From positions 344,984-408,983 of the forward strand of contig NZ_CP047901.1 of NCBI RefSeq assembly GCF_009936135.1: a stretch of 64,000 nt of DNA. Reading direction: 5' to 3'. The notes below the pieces were generated by a model, which saw only the letters and a list, made by a program, of their open reading frames with translations, did not search any database and was not told the origin of the DNA. This stretch comes from Candidatus Chazhemtobacterium aquaticus. GTDB lineage: Bacteria; Patescibacteriota; Microgenomatia; UBA1400; Chazhemtobacteraceae. Below, piece by piece: positions 18,522 through 29,308 of the stretch (position 1 is its first letter; each line of letters begins with the position of its first letter). A program made the translations under genes and the position numbers.

Positions 18522-19571
18522 CTAAATTACCTTCATTACTCCTGTATACATCCCCATCGAACACGAGAAGGTAAACATTCCCTTTTCCGTCGGGGTGAAT
18601 CTAACCACCCTTTCATCAACTGGATCCAGAAACTCATTAATCTTAAACTGCTTGAAGGTAAATGCTAGTGCACAAGAATATACCCCATCGCTTTTAATTG
18701 TCATCTCTACTGGTATTCCAGCTTTCACTGTAAACGATTTAGGGGAATATCCATTATTCTTTATCTCTACCGTCACCTTTTGTACCCCATCAACTACCTC
18801 CACCAAGTTATCGTCACCAATCTGACTCATTGGTGTCGTCACTAAGTAGGTAATTTTCTGCCAATTTATTGGAAAATTAATCACTGTCAACACTCCGTTA
18901 AGATAATACAAACTCATAAAAATCAAACCCACTGCCGCTATCTGCAAGAACCACTTGTTCCATCTTTCTGACAACTTTGCCGTTGCCACCCCCACAATCG
19001 CGAACAGCGGTGAAGTCCCCAATACAAACGAAAACATCACCAAAGCCCCCATAACTGGATTGCCTGTATTGATTGCCAACACCTCCATGGCTTGAGTCAC
19101 GCCACAAGGAATAAAGATGGTCATTGCTCCTAATACCATCGGCGCAAACAACGCCTTACTTTTTGTCGTATTCCTAATCCATCTATTTACAAACCTCGGC
19201 GGCTGGATCAGTACATATCTAAATACTGGATGAACCTCAAACAGGTTCATCGCTGTTGCCAGCATAAACAACACCGTAAATATCTGGAAAGCCAGTCTTG
19301 CCTCAAGGCTTAAAGTAATCACTGATCCCAGAGCACCAAGTAAGAATCCAAATATCGTGTGCACCACCAATTTAGACAACAAAAACATCCCTGCTGGTAA
19401 CCAATCAAGTGCATCAAGCTCCATTAATCCCTGCTTTGACTTACCTTGTCCTAGCTCCTCACCTTTTTGATTCGCAATCACACTTGCCAACAACCCTCCC
19501 TGCATCGCCAAACAAGAGATCCCTCCTGTTGTTAAACCAGTTAAGAAAATAATCCAATAGTTCATAGCCAA
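18522..19571 (-). CDS. DsbD_2/TauE-like membrane domain fused to cupredoxin domain
   Basis: GGISCLAMQGG, FIPCGVTQ, C-terminal FTFSCSMGMY. Confidence 0.85.
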   Translation of the reverse strand: MAMNYWIIFLTGLTTGGISCLAMQGGLLASVIANQKGEELGQGKSKQGLMELDALDWLPAGMFLLSKLVVHTIFGFLLGALGSVITLSLEARLAFQIFTVLFMLATAMNLFEVHPVFRYVLIQPPRFVNRWIRNTTKSKALFAPMVLGAMTIFIPCGVTQAMEVLAINTGNPVMGALVMFSFVLGTSPLFAIVGVATAKLSERWNKWFLQIAAVGLIFMSLYYLNGVLTVINFPINWQKITYLVTTPMSQIGDDNLVEVVDGVQKVTVEIKNNGYSPKSFTVKAGIPVEMTIKSDGVYSCALAFTFKQFKINEFLDPVDERVVRFTPTEKGMFTFSCSMGMYTGVMKVI

Positions 19572-19586
19572 GACAAAGTCATAATC

Positions 19587-21794
19587 CTACAATTGTACCT
19601 TTTTTAATCGTAATGCATTACCTACTACTGAGACGCTTGAAAGTGCCATTGCCGCACTTGCTAACATTGGATTCAACACAACTCCCCAAATCGGGTAAAG
19701 CACGCCCATCGCCACTGGTATTAGTACCACGTTATACCCAAATGCCCAAAAAAGATTTTGCTTAATAACTTTCAAGGTCTCTCGGGAAAGTTTAATGGCA
19801 CGGGGGATTGATTCTATATTGCTATTCATCAATACCACGCTCGCAGATTCCATTGCTATGTCTGTACCTGCTCCCATAGCAATACCTACATCTGCAGCCG
19901 CCAACGCGGGTGCGTCATTGATCCCATCACCCACCATCGCCACTAGCTTACCCTGACCATGCAACTCTGATTGCAGCTCTCTTACTTTTGCCGCCTTATC
20001 TTCAGGCCTCACCTCCGCCATCACCCGGTCTATTCCCACTTCCTCGGCAATTGATTTAGCCGTTCTTGGATTATCACCAGTCAACATGTACACCTCTACT
20101 CCCATCTCCATCATTTGTTTTACTGCATCTCTAGAGTCATCTTTAAGAGTATCCGCCACCGCAATCAGGCCAATCACTCTCCTATTAAGGGAGACTACCA
20201 AAACAGTCTTCCCCTGAGACTGAAATTCCTCAACACGACTCATTTCTTTTAAGCCAAATCGTTTTGCATAGACAGGACTTGATACCACCACCTCGTCTCC
20301 GTTAATTATGGCTCTCACTCCGACACCAGTCATTGCCTCAAATTTCTCCGGTTTGTCCAAACGCCATTTCTTCCTTTTTGCATACTTAACCACTGCCTGG
20401 CCGAGTGGATGTTCTGAGTGGCTTTCTACCCCCGCCGCCAACTCAACAATCCTTTTCTCCCTAGCTCTACTCAACGAAACGACTTCAGTCACCTCCACTT
20501 CTCCCTTTGTTAGAGTTCCTGTTTTGTCTAAAATAACGCTTCGCACCTTATTTAATTGCTCGAGTGCCGTTGCGTCCTTTATCAAAATCCCTTTCTCCGC
20601 CCCTTTTCCTGTTCCAACCATTACGGCTGTTGGCGTTGCCAGTCCTAAAGCACACGGACATGCGATTATTAACACCGTTACCGCCGCCACCATCGCTGGC
20701 ACAAACGCCACTCCCGGATACAACACAAACCAAGCCACAAAGGTTGCCACTGACAGCATCATTACCACCGGCACGAAGTATCCAGAAACCACATCAGCCA
20801 ATTTTTGGATTGGCGCTTTCGATCCCTGAGCCTGAGAGACCAGTTCTACAATTTGAGCCAACACCGTATCAGACCCCACCTTTGTCGCCCTAAAAAGAAA
20901 ACTCCCCACCTTGTTTATTGTTGCTCCCACCACCTTGTCCCCCTTCTTCTTCTCCACCGGTAACGACTCGCCAGTAACCATTGACTCATCTACTGTGCTT
21001 TCACCCTCAATCACCACTCCGTCTACTGGAATCTTTTCTCCCGGCCTAACCAATAACACGTCGCCCACTACCACCTGATCAACAGCCACCTCAACAAACT
21101 CACGCCCCCTCTTTACCCGAGCCATCTTGGCTTGCAATCCCAGAAGTTTTTTAATCGCTTCCCCGGCCTGTCCCTTGGCCCTTGCCTCCAAATACTTCCC
21201 TAACATGATCAACACAATCACCACTGCCGCTACCTCAAAATACACATGAAGATCCAATCCTGCCTGGACAAAATAATCAGGAGCGATCGTCACCACCGCC
21301 GAGAACACATATGCCGCCAAGGTCCCTGTCGTGATCAGAGTGTCCATGTTGGCCAACCGATGTTTAAACGCTTTCCATGCCGAAATCATGTATTCGCCCC
21401 CAACCCAAAACTGTACCGGCGTTGCCAACACTAATCCGATCCAATTAGCCTCCCCCATCGACAAATTAGGCAACCAGCCAAACCAGTCCCTCATTGACAA
21501 CATCATTAACAAGATAGAAATCACCCCACCAATCAATAACTTAATCTTTTTTTCTTCCAAAGCCGAGTCCTCTTTCTTTACCTCACCGTCCATTTTTATG
21601 TCATAGCCAATGCTTCTAGCCGCTTCCTGCACTCGAGTTAGGTCTACTTGACCCTCAAATTGTGCCTCCTCAGTTGCATAATTAACCCCAACCCTATTAA
21701 CCCCTGGTATTTTCTTAAAAACCCGCTCCAAATTAGCCGCACACGATGCGCAGTGCATTCCCACAACCTTCACTCTTGTCTTGTTTTTTTCCAT
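19587..21794 (-). CDS. copA: Copper-translocating P1B-type ATPase
   Basis: [36 protein letters not shown] and MALSS motifs. Confidence 0.97.
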   Translation of the reverse strand: MEKNKTRVKVVGMHCASCAANLERVFKKIPGVNRVGVNYATEEAQFEGQVDLTRVQEAARSIGYDIKMDGEVKKEDSALEEKKIKLLIGGVISILLMMLSMRDWFGWLPNLSMGEANWIGLVLATPVQFWVGGEYMISAWKAFKHRLANMDTLITTGTLAAYVFSAVVTIAPDYFVQAGLDLHVYFEVAAVVIVLIMLGKYLEARAKGQAGEAIKKLLGLQAKMARVKRGREFVEVAVDQVVVGDVLLVRPGEKIPVDGVVIEGESTVDESMVTGESLPVEKKKGDKVVGATINKVGSFLFRATKVGSDTVLAQIVELVSQAQGSKAPIQKLADVVSGYFVPVVMMLSVATFVAWFVLYPGVAFVPAMVAAVTVLIIACPCALGLATPTAVMVGTGKGAEKGILIKDATALEQLNKVRSVILDKTGTLTKGEVEVTEVVSLSRAREKRIVELAAGVESHSEHPLGQAVVKYAKRKKWRLDKPEKFEAMTGVGVRAIINGDEVVVSSPVYAKRFGLKEMSRVEEFQSQGKTVLVVSLNRRVIGLIAVADTLKDDSRDAVKQMMEMGVEVYMLTGDNPRTAKSIAEEVGIDRVMAEVRPEDKAAKVRELQSELHGQGKLVAMVGDGINDAPALAAADVGIAMGAGTDIAMESASVVLMNSNIESIPRAIKLSRETLKVIKQNLFWAFGYNVVLIPVAMGVLYPIWGVVLNPMLASAAMALSSVSVVGNALRLKKVQL

Positions 21795-21814
21795 TCGTCC
21801 TCCCTCTGTTTCTA

Positions 21815-22207
21815 TTATTTTTTAACCACTAATTTTCCCCGCACCATGCCCATCCCGCAAGTGAAGCTATAGGTCCCCACTTTTGTTGGGGTAAATCTAA
21901 CAACAGTCCGCTTTCCCTCTGGTAATCTCGCCTTGACCTCCCTCTTTTCTTTTGTGGGCAACTTGTCAAATATCACCCACTCGGTACAATCTCCCTTGTC
22001 GCGGCGATCAAAAACCACCTCCACCAACTTATTTACTTTCACCTCGACAACGGCTGGGTCATACGCCCCTTCAACCAGTATCTCCACTTTTTGCCCTTCA
22101 TCTTGCTCCTCCACCTTTACCCCTTTCTTAGGCCCAAAAAAATAATAGGCAATCGCAATAATAAGACCAACCCCCCCTCCTATTACCAACCAATCCACAT
22201 TAGTCAT
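21815..22207 (-). CDS. Membrane-anchored cupredoxin (CupA-like)
   Basis: N-terminal TM, GAYDP, FTCGMGM. Confidence 0.85.
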   Translation of the reverse strand: MTNVDWLVIGGGVGLIIAIAYYFFGPKKGVKVEEQDEGQKVEILVEGAYDPAVVEVKVNKLVEVVFDRRDKGDCTEWVIFDKLPTKEKREVKARLPEGKRTVVRFTPTKVGTYSFTCGMGMVRGKLVVKK

Positions 22208-22209
22208 GT

Positions 22210-23052
22210 TTACCTCTTTCTAACGGCCACGTTAACCAATTTATAAACTACATACACCACCCCAGCAACAAACAATCCGTCCAGCCAAAACCCTTGCACT
22301 CTCTCAGTTATGCCAAAAGCAATCGCGTAAATCAATCTTGTTGTCTCACTTTCTGCCATATCCATTCCCAAATTTCCATTTAAGGTCAACCAAATCATCA
22401 ACACCCCGGTTGTCAAAAAAACCATAAACGCCACCAGGTCAGTTATCAGCACCAAATACTCCTTACTACCCAAGCGAATTACCCCCAGCCTCTTTCTCCA
22501 TAGCGGACTTGCCAACAAGTTCTTTTTATCGATAAACAAGGAAGCAATGTATAACGGTGTCACCATACCCAACACGTACACAACCCCCACGAGTAACGAC
22601 CAAATCACCCCCGGCGCCATACTCGACAATGTTAGCACCCCAACCAATACTGGTGCACAACAACTTGACGTTATGCCGGAAAACACACCCAAGATAAAGG
22701 TCGACCAGGCATCCACTCTCTGGCCTGAGCCACGGCGGCTGAACTTTGGCATTGGCAGTTTTATGCCAAAAAGTGACATCCAAGCCACCCCGATCATCAC
22801 CATACCTCCAACGATATAGGTCCAGTCATGCATTCTAAAAAACAAACTACTCAACGCCTTAACCCCTAAGACCACTGGTAGCATCACCACCATGATTCCC
22901 AATGAGTAAATCAGAGTCATCAACAACACCTTTTTCTTTTCTCGAAAAACATTCCCGAGATAAGCGGGTAATAGGTAAGTCACACAACAAGGAGCAAACA
23001 ACGCCACCATGCCTGCCACGAAAGCCGCTATCAACGAAATCTGTATCATCAT
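22210..23052 (-). CDS. ccdA: CcdA/DsbD-family transmembrane thiol-redox protein
   Basis: FVAGMVALFAPCC..LLP and SSCCAPVL. Confidence 0.8.
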   Translation of the reverse strand: MMIQISLIAAFVAGMVALFAPCCVTYLLPAYLGNVFREKKKVLLMTLIYSLGIMVVMLPVVLGVKALSSLFFRMHDWTYIVGGMVMIGVAWMSLFGIKLPMPKFSRRGSGQRVDAWSTFILGVFSGITSSCCAPVLVGVLTLSSMAPGVIWSLLVGVVYVLGMVTPLYIASLFIDKKNLLASPLWRKRLGVIRLGSKEYLVLITDLVAFMVFLTTGVLMIWLTLNGNLGMDMAESETTRLIYAIAFGITERVQGFWLDGLFVAGVVYVVYKLVNVAVRKR

Positions 23053-23795
23053 TTTCTTTTCACTATCGCCGTAAACTCAGCGCTCAAATTTTTAAAATTC
23101 GGATTATCCGTCTCGATATATATTTGTCTAGTTAAATCTCCCAAATCAGAATCGTCTCCATGCACTGAAGGGACAAACACCACCTTAACTGGGACCTCTT
23201 CATATGCCCCTACTGTCACCTCCTCCATCGAGGGTATTGTGCAAGAACAAGAACCAGTCAACCTTGTTACCGTTAACTCAGTCGGAGTGTTATTTACCAA
23301 CCTAAACTCCAACTCCGCCCCCTTGACGTAATCAACTTCCCCTAAATCAACTCTCTCAGGCTTTATCAGCACTCCTGCATGAGACTCTCGGTACGCCTGG
23401 ACTCCCCCTACCAGATCAAACACCTTCCTATACCCCATCTCCACCAGCTTTTCTGCCGCGATCTTACTCATCGAGCCTGATCTACAATACACCAAAATAG
23501 GAACACCCTTGTCCTCTGGTAACTTGTTAACGTTCTCCGCCACTTGGTCATAGGGGATAAACGCATCCGTCCCCGCCAGATGCTGCTGCTCTGGAGTGTG
23601 TACATCTAAAATAAACACACCATCCCTCTCTAGCCACTCATCAGCGTCTTCAGCCTTAACCGCCACCACCTTTTCACGTCCTACCCTATCACTATCCTCT
23701 AATCCCTCACTAGCACCTCTTCCCATCAACCAGCCCACAGCTAACACCACCAAGACCAACAACCACACCAGCATCATTTTCTTTGATTGTTTCAT
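23049..23795 (-). CDS. Rhodanese domain fused to DUF1573-like Ig domain
   Basis: ILDVHTPE, VYCRSGSMS, LVGG; C-terminal DLGEV..GSCSCT..IETD. Confidence 0.8.
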   Translation of the reverse strand: MKQSKKMMLVWLLVLVVLAVGWLMGRGASEGLEDSDRVGREKVVAVKAEDADEWLERDGVFILDVHTPEQQHLAGTDAFIPYDQVAENVNKLPEDKGVPILVYCRSGSMSKIAAEKLVEMGYRKVFDLVGGVQAYRESHAGVLIKPERVDLGEVDYVKGAELEFRLVNNTPTELTVTRLTGSCSCTIPSMEEVTVGAYEEVPVKVVFVPSVHGDDSDLGDLTRQIYIETDNPNFKNLSAEFTAIVKRK

Positions 23796-23798
23796 CTT

Positions 23799-24758
23799 CT
23801 ATGCCCCGCAACTACTTCCAGAAGACTTGCTTCCAGGGATATTGCCCATCTCTTGTTTAATCTGCTGGTAACCAGGGGCCGAGCTATACTTGGCCGACAG
23901 CACTTCAGCCGCATCCACATCCGCCCACAACTTATCCTCTTTCGTCTGAAAGTGGTATGCCAAATCGACATAAGTCTGCTCAAACCAGTACGAGTTAAAC
24001 GCCAGTGCCGCCTCATAAATCTCTTCCTCCGAGAAACCCTGGTCAACCATTAACTCCACCAATCCTAAAATCGCCATCCCATGGTTGCAATCAGGAAAAG
24101 AAGTGGGATTCCCACAGCATGGCCGATAAATACCTCCACTAATCTTGGCCACCATCTCCTGCTCTTCATCACTCAAATCGATTATCCTCGCCGAACTATA
24201 CAAATCAACCGCCTGCTTTGATCCCAAAGTCCAACCAGCGGTCGAAGCAAAATTCCCCAGATCTTTCCTGTATTCAGTCCCCATTATCCCTTTATCAAGA
24301 ACATCGGAAGCCTGTACCAGCCCCAACGCCCACAAAGTATTCACCCAAAAATACGCATTGTTTTTATCAATCGTAATACCATCATCTTTATTTTCAGTCA
24401 GGTATCTCAACAACTCATCGTACTTTGGATCGCCATAATTCTCTTCATATTTCGCCAGATCAATTGCGCCAGTCTCTACTAATCTCTGGCCCACCTGTCC
24501 CCACTTAATAGGTACCGTATAGCCTTCTGTTGGCACCACCAACTCCGCCAGATTATCGTATGTCGGCTCAGGTAGTGGAGCTGGTGTTGGAGTAATCAAA
24601 CCAATCCGAGTCAACAACCTACTTTCACCCTTTAATCGCACCTCAAACATATCGGCCCAGACTGTCAAGACCATCATCACTAACCCTGCAAACAGTAATA
24701 CCCCAACAACCCCCGACCGATTTACTTTTGATTTATTTTTACTATCCATTTTTATCAA
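23799..24758 (-). CDS. Membrane-anchored Cys/His-motif hypothetical protein
   Basis: N-terminal TM; YRPCCGN, DCNHG, C-terminal GSSCGA. Confidence 0.75.
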   Translation of the reverse strand: MIKMDSKNKSKVNRSGVVGVLLFAGLVMMVLTVWADMFEVRLKGESRLLTRIGLITPTPAPLPEPTYDNLAELVVPTEGYTVPIKWGQVGQRLVETGAIDLAKYEENYGDPKYDELLRYLTENKDDGITIDKNNAYFWVNTLWALGLVQASDVLDKGIMGTEYRKDLGNFASTAGWTLGSKQAVDLYSSARIIDLSDEEQEMVAKISGGIYRPCCGNPTSFPDCNHGMAILGLVELMVDQGFSEEEIYEAALAFNSYWFEQTYVDLAYHFQTKEDKLWADVDAAEVLSAKYSSAPGYQQIKQEMGNIPGSKSSGSSCGA

Positions 24759-24779
24759 CCTTAATTTTTAATTTTCAAC

Positions 24780-25277
24780 TCACCTCACGACCATTGCCGT
24801 TAACATCCAACTCAGTTTTGGACTACTTACATCATTGGTCTCAATCGTCACAGTTCGAGAAATCGGCCCCACCCCATTTGGCCCATGAAACATCGGATCA
24901 AACTTAACCAATACATCAACCGTCTCCCCGGGATCAACCTCCAGTACATATTGAGATTTGTCGTGCATTCCAAACACTGGCGAGGTCTGTTCACCCTTAG
25001 CCATCTGCGCTGTCGTACACACACATGAAGTCTCCACATTAAATAGCTTCAACACTTCATCCCCCTCATTTTTAACCAGAAAAACCTTCTCCACTATCCC
25101 GCCATCAATTTTAATCTCCCCCCAGTCATAACTCTTCTCCTCCACTACTGCCACTGCGCCCTCACTCATCTCTACCTGGGCAGAATTCGCCATCGTGCTC
25201 GCCAACCATACCGACCCTCCAAACAACACCACTAACCCCACAATTATGGCCATTACTGTAGTCTTACTCATCATCAT
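24780..25277 (-). CDS. DUF1573-like exported protein
   Basis: YDWGEI, KNEG, TSCVCT, PGE, VKFDP, TIETND. Confidence 0.75.
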   Translation of the reverse strand: MMMSKTTVMAIIVGLVVLFGGSVWLASTMANSAQVEMSEGAVAVVEEKSYDWGEIKIDGGIVEKVFLVKNEGDEVLKLFNVETSCVCTTAQMAKGEQTSPVFGMHDKSQYVLEVDPGETVDVLVKFDPMFHGPNGVGPISRTVTIETNDVSSPKLSWMLTAMVVR

Positions 25278-25767
25278 TTTTTTTCAAATTAATATATCGA
25301 CTTGTGTCATGTCTAAATTTCTCCATACACCCCTCAGCACAGAAATAGTAGCTTTCCCCATTTTTCCTAACAGCATACCCAGCCGTTTTAGGTGATAGCC
25401 TCATGCCACACACCGGATCAATCACCACCGGCCACAAGTCCTGCATCTTAAAAGCCAGCTCGTCAGCAACCCTCTCACCCTTATGTTTCTTAATCAACAC
25501 CTCTCTTAACAAATCACTCGCCTTCACAAAATTCTTTTCACTCAACCGATAAAACACTTCTTTACCCACCTTCTGGCTTTCCACCACCCCCGCCTCTCTC
25601 ATCACCATCAGATGTTGAGATAGATTGGCTTGTGGCAATCCCAACATCTCCACTATCTCACTTACATTCAGACTTTGATGGCGCAGTAAATGCAGAATCT
25701 CCAGTCGCTTAGGATGAGCCAGTGCCTTTAATAACTCAGCTTGTAGTTCAAATACCTCCTGATACAT
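25264..25767 (-). CDS. ArsR/SmtB-family regulator fused to YHS/TRASH domain
   Basis: LKALAHPKRLEIL, SQHL; C-terminal DPVCGM..YYFCAEGC. Confidence 0.9.
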   Translation of the reverse strand: MYQEVFELQAELLKALAHPKRLEILHLLRHQSLNVSEIVEMLGLPQANLSQHLMVMREAGVVESQKVGKEVFYRLSEKNFVKASDLLREVLIKKHKGERVADELAFKMQDLWPVVIDPVCGMRLSPKTAGYAVRKNGESYYFCAEGCMEKFRHDTSRYINLKKNDDE

Positions 25768-25810
25768 ATTCGCTTTTTCGAATATATACTACCACCACAA
25801 CCTCTGTCAA
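25766..25810 (-). promoter_or_regulatory. Promoter and palindromic operator of the copper cluster
   Basis: ATATTCG-N6-CGAATAT at 25766-25785; TTGACA on - strand at 25805-25810. Confidence 0.7.
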
Positions 25811-25826
25811 CCCTCTCCCTCAACCA

Positions 25827-26489
25827 TTACTTACCTTTTTTTCTAGAAGAACTCCCCACCTTCCCACCCTCCATATCACCACTCCTCCACAAGTATCTAA
25901 TCGCCATTACTAGCAAAGTGATTACCAAAACCAACAACAATAACTTGACTCCAATTACCAAAAATACAACCAACCCAATCCAGGGTATAAACTTACCAAC
26001 CCAATTCAAAGCCTTGTCATTCACCTCTACCTCTCCACCCCACCTGTCCCAATCAAAAGCCATCGGCCACATTCTACCCATCATTCCTCCAATCGCTCCT
26101 CCCCAAACCACAGCCGGACTATCTTCATCGCATCCCAAATAGTTCCTACCCATCTGTAAGTGGACATTCCACCATCCCTCGCTCTCCTCGCCACCCATCA
26201 TCCGATCCATCTCTTCATGTCTCTCTCCAGGATGCATTCGCTCCATCACTGCGTCTCCAAGTCTCACCATATCCTCATCACTTACTAACTCGCAATCAAG
26301 ATCATCTACCGTCTCCACCTCATACTTATCCACCAACTCACCAATCACTACTTCCAGCTCTTCATGGCCACCAAACTCCTCATCCACCCCTTCACTCGCC
26401 ATCATCCCCACCTGCGCCTCAACACTTGCAGCCGATCTGGCCAGTAAAAATACCAACCCAAATAATACTAAGCCCAACTTGATCTTCAT
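25827..26489 (-). CDS. Exported Met/His-rich protein with C-terminal TM
   Basis: Signal peptide; MERMHPGERHEEMDRMMGG; hydrophobic C-terminus with basic tail. Confidence 0.7.
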   Translation of the reverse strand: MKIKLGLVLFGLVFLLARSAASVEAQVGMMASEGVDEEFGGHEELEVVIGELVDKYEVETVDDLDCELVSDEDMVRLGDAVMERMHPGERHEEMDRMMGGEESEGWWNVHLQMGRNYLGCDEDSPAVVWGGAIGGMMGRMWPMAFDWDRWGGEVEVNDKALNWVGKFIPWIGLVVFLVIGVKLLLLVLVITLLVMAIRYLWRSGDMEGGKVGSSSRKKGK

Positions 26490-26524
26490 AAGCCCAGTAT
26501 ATCAAATCATTTTAGTGATAAGAT

Positions 26525-26923
26525 ATGCCCATGCAGGCCGTTCTCAGACATAAAGCCTTAATTGAATTTTTAAGCTATGCCCTACCTGAAGTCTTTGAAG
26601 CCTTGGGCCATTCTTCCGAGGATGCTCAGTCTCTTACTAAATCCTTCATTCTCAAAATCCACCATCACGCCGCCAACCAATTAGCTAAAGCAAGAAACCC
26701 TGAAATATCCACCCAAACTAGCCAAATGACTAGTCCAGATGATATAATCTTGCTTCTTGAGCAATACTTTGACTCAAGTCAGATCGACCTTGAACTAACC
26801 CAAGCCACCTATCTGGCCATCGACTCTGCCATACATCGCATCTCAATCCAAGTCGATCGGGATTGCTGGCAAAAAGTCACCAGCATACTTGAACAAAAAA
26901 TTGCTCGACTAAAACTAGTATAA
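26525..26923 (+). CDS. Hypothetical protein
   Basis: 132 aa ORF with + strand codon bias. Confidence 0.6.
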   Translation: MPMQAVLRHKALIEFLSYALPEVFEALGHSSEDAQSLTKSFILKIHHHAANQLAKARNPEISTQTSQMTSPDDIILLLEQYFDSSQIDLELTQATYLAIDSAIHRISIQVDRDCWQKVTSILEQKIARLKLV

Positions 26924-26932
26924 ATTATAAAT

Positions 26933-27088
26933 ATGAATGAATCCATAAAACCTCAACCAGAGACAAACCCTCAAGAAACTAGAGACACCAAGATTGGCTC
27001 TCTCTTAAATCTCTTGCGCCAGAAACTACATCTTAACTCCGTTCCTGCCGGACAGTTCTCTCTCGACAACTTTCCTCTCCTACCCTAA
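26933..27088 (+). CDS. Small hypothetical protein (51 aa, MNESIKPQPE...)
   Basis: Read manually; ATG 9 nt after previous stop, fills the gap. Confidence 0.4.
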   Translation: MNESIKPQPETNPQETRDTKIGSLLNLLRQKLHLNSVPAGQFSLDNFPLLP

Positions 27089-27126
27089 CATCTCCTCCTC
27101 AAATACAAACAAGCAAACTTTCTTCA

Positions 27127-27915
27127 TCACGCCAATTTAAGCTGGATCCACTTATACCCCGAAAATATAAAGTTCATTATTAGTAATGAACTTAAATAAG
27201 GCGACCCTCCCCACTTGTTTATCATCATCACCGCCAGTATACCTCCCAGCGCCAAACCATAAATCCACTCCTGCCAATCAATTACTGGCGATGTCTTAGG
27301 CTCAGTCGCCATCAGTAACAAGAAAAATCCAAATGTCCCTTCAAATATTATGGCCAACGGCAATCTTCCAACCAGAACCACATAAATTGCCGCGAAAGCC
27401 ACACTCACTCCAACTAAAGTAGGTATCTTTTTATATACCCAAACCAACCATAAACCAACCGGTAATGTTAGCAACATTGCCACGCTCATATTAAACACAG
27501 GTAGTCTAGGCGCAAAACTAACCCCCCACCAAGTGGTTGATAATCCCACCAACGTCATTATCATCAATCCAATCGCAGCCGGATTAAATATTGGTTGACC
27601 TTTGAACCTCACCACTGTTTTTATCAACGCCGTCACCAAACCCAGCCCCGCCATTAACCCTGGTTTTGCATCTACATCAGCCAGTAAAACCAGTATCATC
27701 ACGGTAATCGCCAAGTTGCTTATTCTCGGCTTAGCTCCAAAAGTGGCCAACACCAACAAGTGTGGAACCAAAAATCCTCCCACCAACGAAACCACTCTCC
27801 ACAACTCCCTCTCGTACCCTCCCTCCAAACGGCTAGATATTGCCAAAACATAAAGTACCAACAGATAAATGACTGTTAACAAAATAGGTTTCCTCCAAAA
27901 AGCTAAGTTCCGCAT
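27127..27915 (-). CDS. RnfD/NqrB-like membrane protein
   Basis: PIFNPAAIG, FFLLLMATEPKTSP, WIYG; next to FMN-bind and ApbE genes. Confidence 0.75.
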   Translation of the reverse strand: MRNLAFWRKPILLTVIYLLVLYVLAISSRLEGGYERELWRVVSLVGGFLVPHLLVLATFGAKPRISNLAITVMILVLLADVDAKPGLMAGLGLVTALIKTVVRFKGQPIFNPAAIGLMIMTLVGLSTTWWGVSFAPRLPVFNMSVAMLLTLPVGLWLVWVYKKIPTLVGVSVAFAAIYVVLVGRLPLAIIFEGTFGFFLLLMATEPKTSPVIDWQEWIYGLALGGILAVMMINKWGGSPYLSSLLIMNFIFSGYKWIQLKLA

Positions 27916-27969
27916 ACTCTTTCATCATAATATATTGTCGACCCTAACAAAACGTGTTAGAACAAAGCC

Positions 27970-28389
27970 ATGAACCGTTTTTATCCCATCATTCTCCTCA
28001 TCGCCGTATTCACACTATCCGCCTGTCAAATATCTGATCTCCAATCACTACTTAAAACAGAACAAGTCATCACTCAAGAACCAAGTTGGACAGTCGATGG
28101 TAACACCTACACCACCACCGTTGAATACGATGTTCCTGAAGGCGCGGAGTCAAACTCCTTCTCCCTTGTTATCAAAGACGGCATTATCTCCTCCGTTGAA
28201 ATCGGCATCACAACCACCAACAAAGCCAGTCTAAAATACCAACAAGACTTCGCCAAAAATATTGCCTCCATTGTTGTTGGTCAAAAAATTTCTGAACTAA
28301 AATCCATCGATCGAGTTAGTGGCGCCTCAGTCACCACCACTGCCTTTAACGACGCCCTCCTTAAACTCCAGCAACAACTCCAGTCTTAA
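27970..28389 (+). CDS. FMN-binding lipoprotein
   Basis: Lipobox LSAC; flavinylation motif IDRVSGASVTT. Confidence 0.85.
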   Translation: MNRFYPIILLIAVFTLSACQISDLQSLLKTEQVITQEPSWTVDGNTYTTTVEYDVPEGAESNSFSLVIKDGIISSVEIGITTTNKASLKYQQDFAKNIASIVVGQKISELKSIDRVSGASVTTTAFNDALLKLQQQLQS

Positions 28390-28392
28390 TTA

Positions 28393-29277
28393 ATGTTTAG
28401 CTTCAACCTGACCGGCTTGGGCACCAGTTGGTCTATCATAATCGACACCCTTCGTCCTTCCAACCCCACCCATCTTTACTCTCTACTTCAACAACAACTA
28501 GTTGATTTTGAAGCCAAATACTCTCGTTTTCTTTCTACCAGCCAACTCTCACAACTTAACAACTCATCCTCTCCTTCTTATCCCCTCTCTCCCGATTTGC
28601 TTACCATGATTAACCTTGGACTTAAGCTCAAGTCTTTAAGTCATGGCCATTTCGACCTCAACATTGCCACCCAACTTGAGGATATTGGTTACGATCAACA
28701 CTACTCTTTTACGCCTAAAACTGATCACCACCTACATATACCCGGAACTTACCATCTTAAAAACAATCGTCTCATTCGCCGTGGCCAAGTCAAGCTTGAT
28801 CTAGGCTCGCTCGGCAAAGGCTACCTCATCGATCAACTAGCCCAAACTCTCCACCAGCATCAGACCCCCTATTTCCTCATTGATGGTGGTGGGGATCTCT
28901 ATGGCACCACCAAAAAAGACCTCTCTCCTTGGAGGATAGCTATTGAACACCCTTTTGACTCCAATATTGCCATCGCCACTCTAAGCTTAAACCATCAAGC
29001 CATCGCCACTTCCACCTCTCAAAAACGCCGCTTTGGCTCTTTTCATCACCTTCTTGATGCAAAAAAACACACCCCCGTTAACACTATCCTCTCTCTCACC
29101 ACTCTTTCTTCATCCGCTCTCACCGCCGATGCCGCTGCTACCGCTCTTTTTGTAACCCCCCTTTCTCTCTGGTCTACCATCACTCAACACACCCAGACTC
29201 AATACTTGGCCCTAGATCATCAGCAAAACCTAACCTCCTCGCCGAACTTTCCCGTCAAGATCCTCTACCCTTCCTAA
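28393..29277 (+). CDS. apbE: FAD:protein FMN transferase
   Basis: YSRF, LDLGSLGKGY, DGGGD, WRIAIEHP, IATS, HHLLD, ADAAATA. Confidence 0.92.
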   Translation: MFSFNLTGLGTSWSIIIDTLRPSNPTHLYSLLQQQLVDFEAKYSRFLSTSQLSQLNNSSSPSYPLSPDLLTMINLGLKLKSLSHGHFDLNIATQLEDIGYDQHYSFTPKTDHHLHIPGTYHLKNNRLIRRGQVKLDLGSLGKGYLIDQLAQTLHQHQTPYFLIDGGGDLYGTTKKDLSPWRIAIEHPFDSNIAIATLSLNHQAIATSTSQKRRFGSFHHLLDAKKHTPVNTILSLTTLSSSALTADAAATALFVTPLSLWSTITQHTQTQYLALDHQQNLTSSPNFPVKILYPS

Positions 29278-29308
29278 TCCACTCGCCGAAATGCCTTTTC
29301 AAACATCT

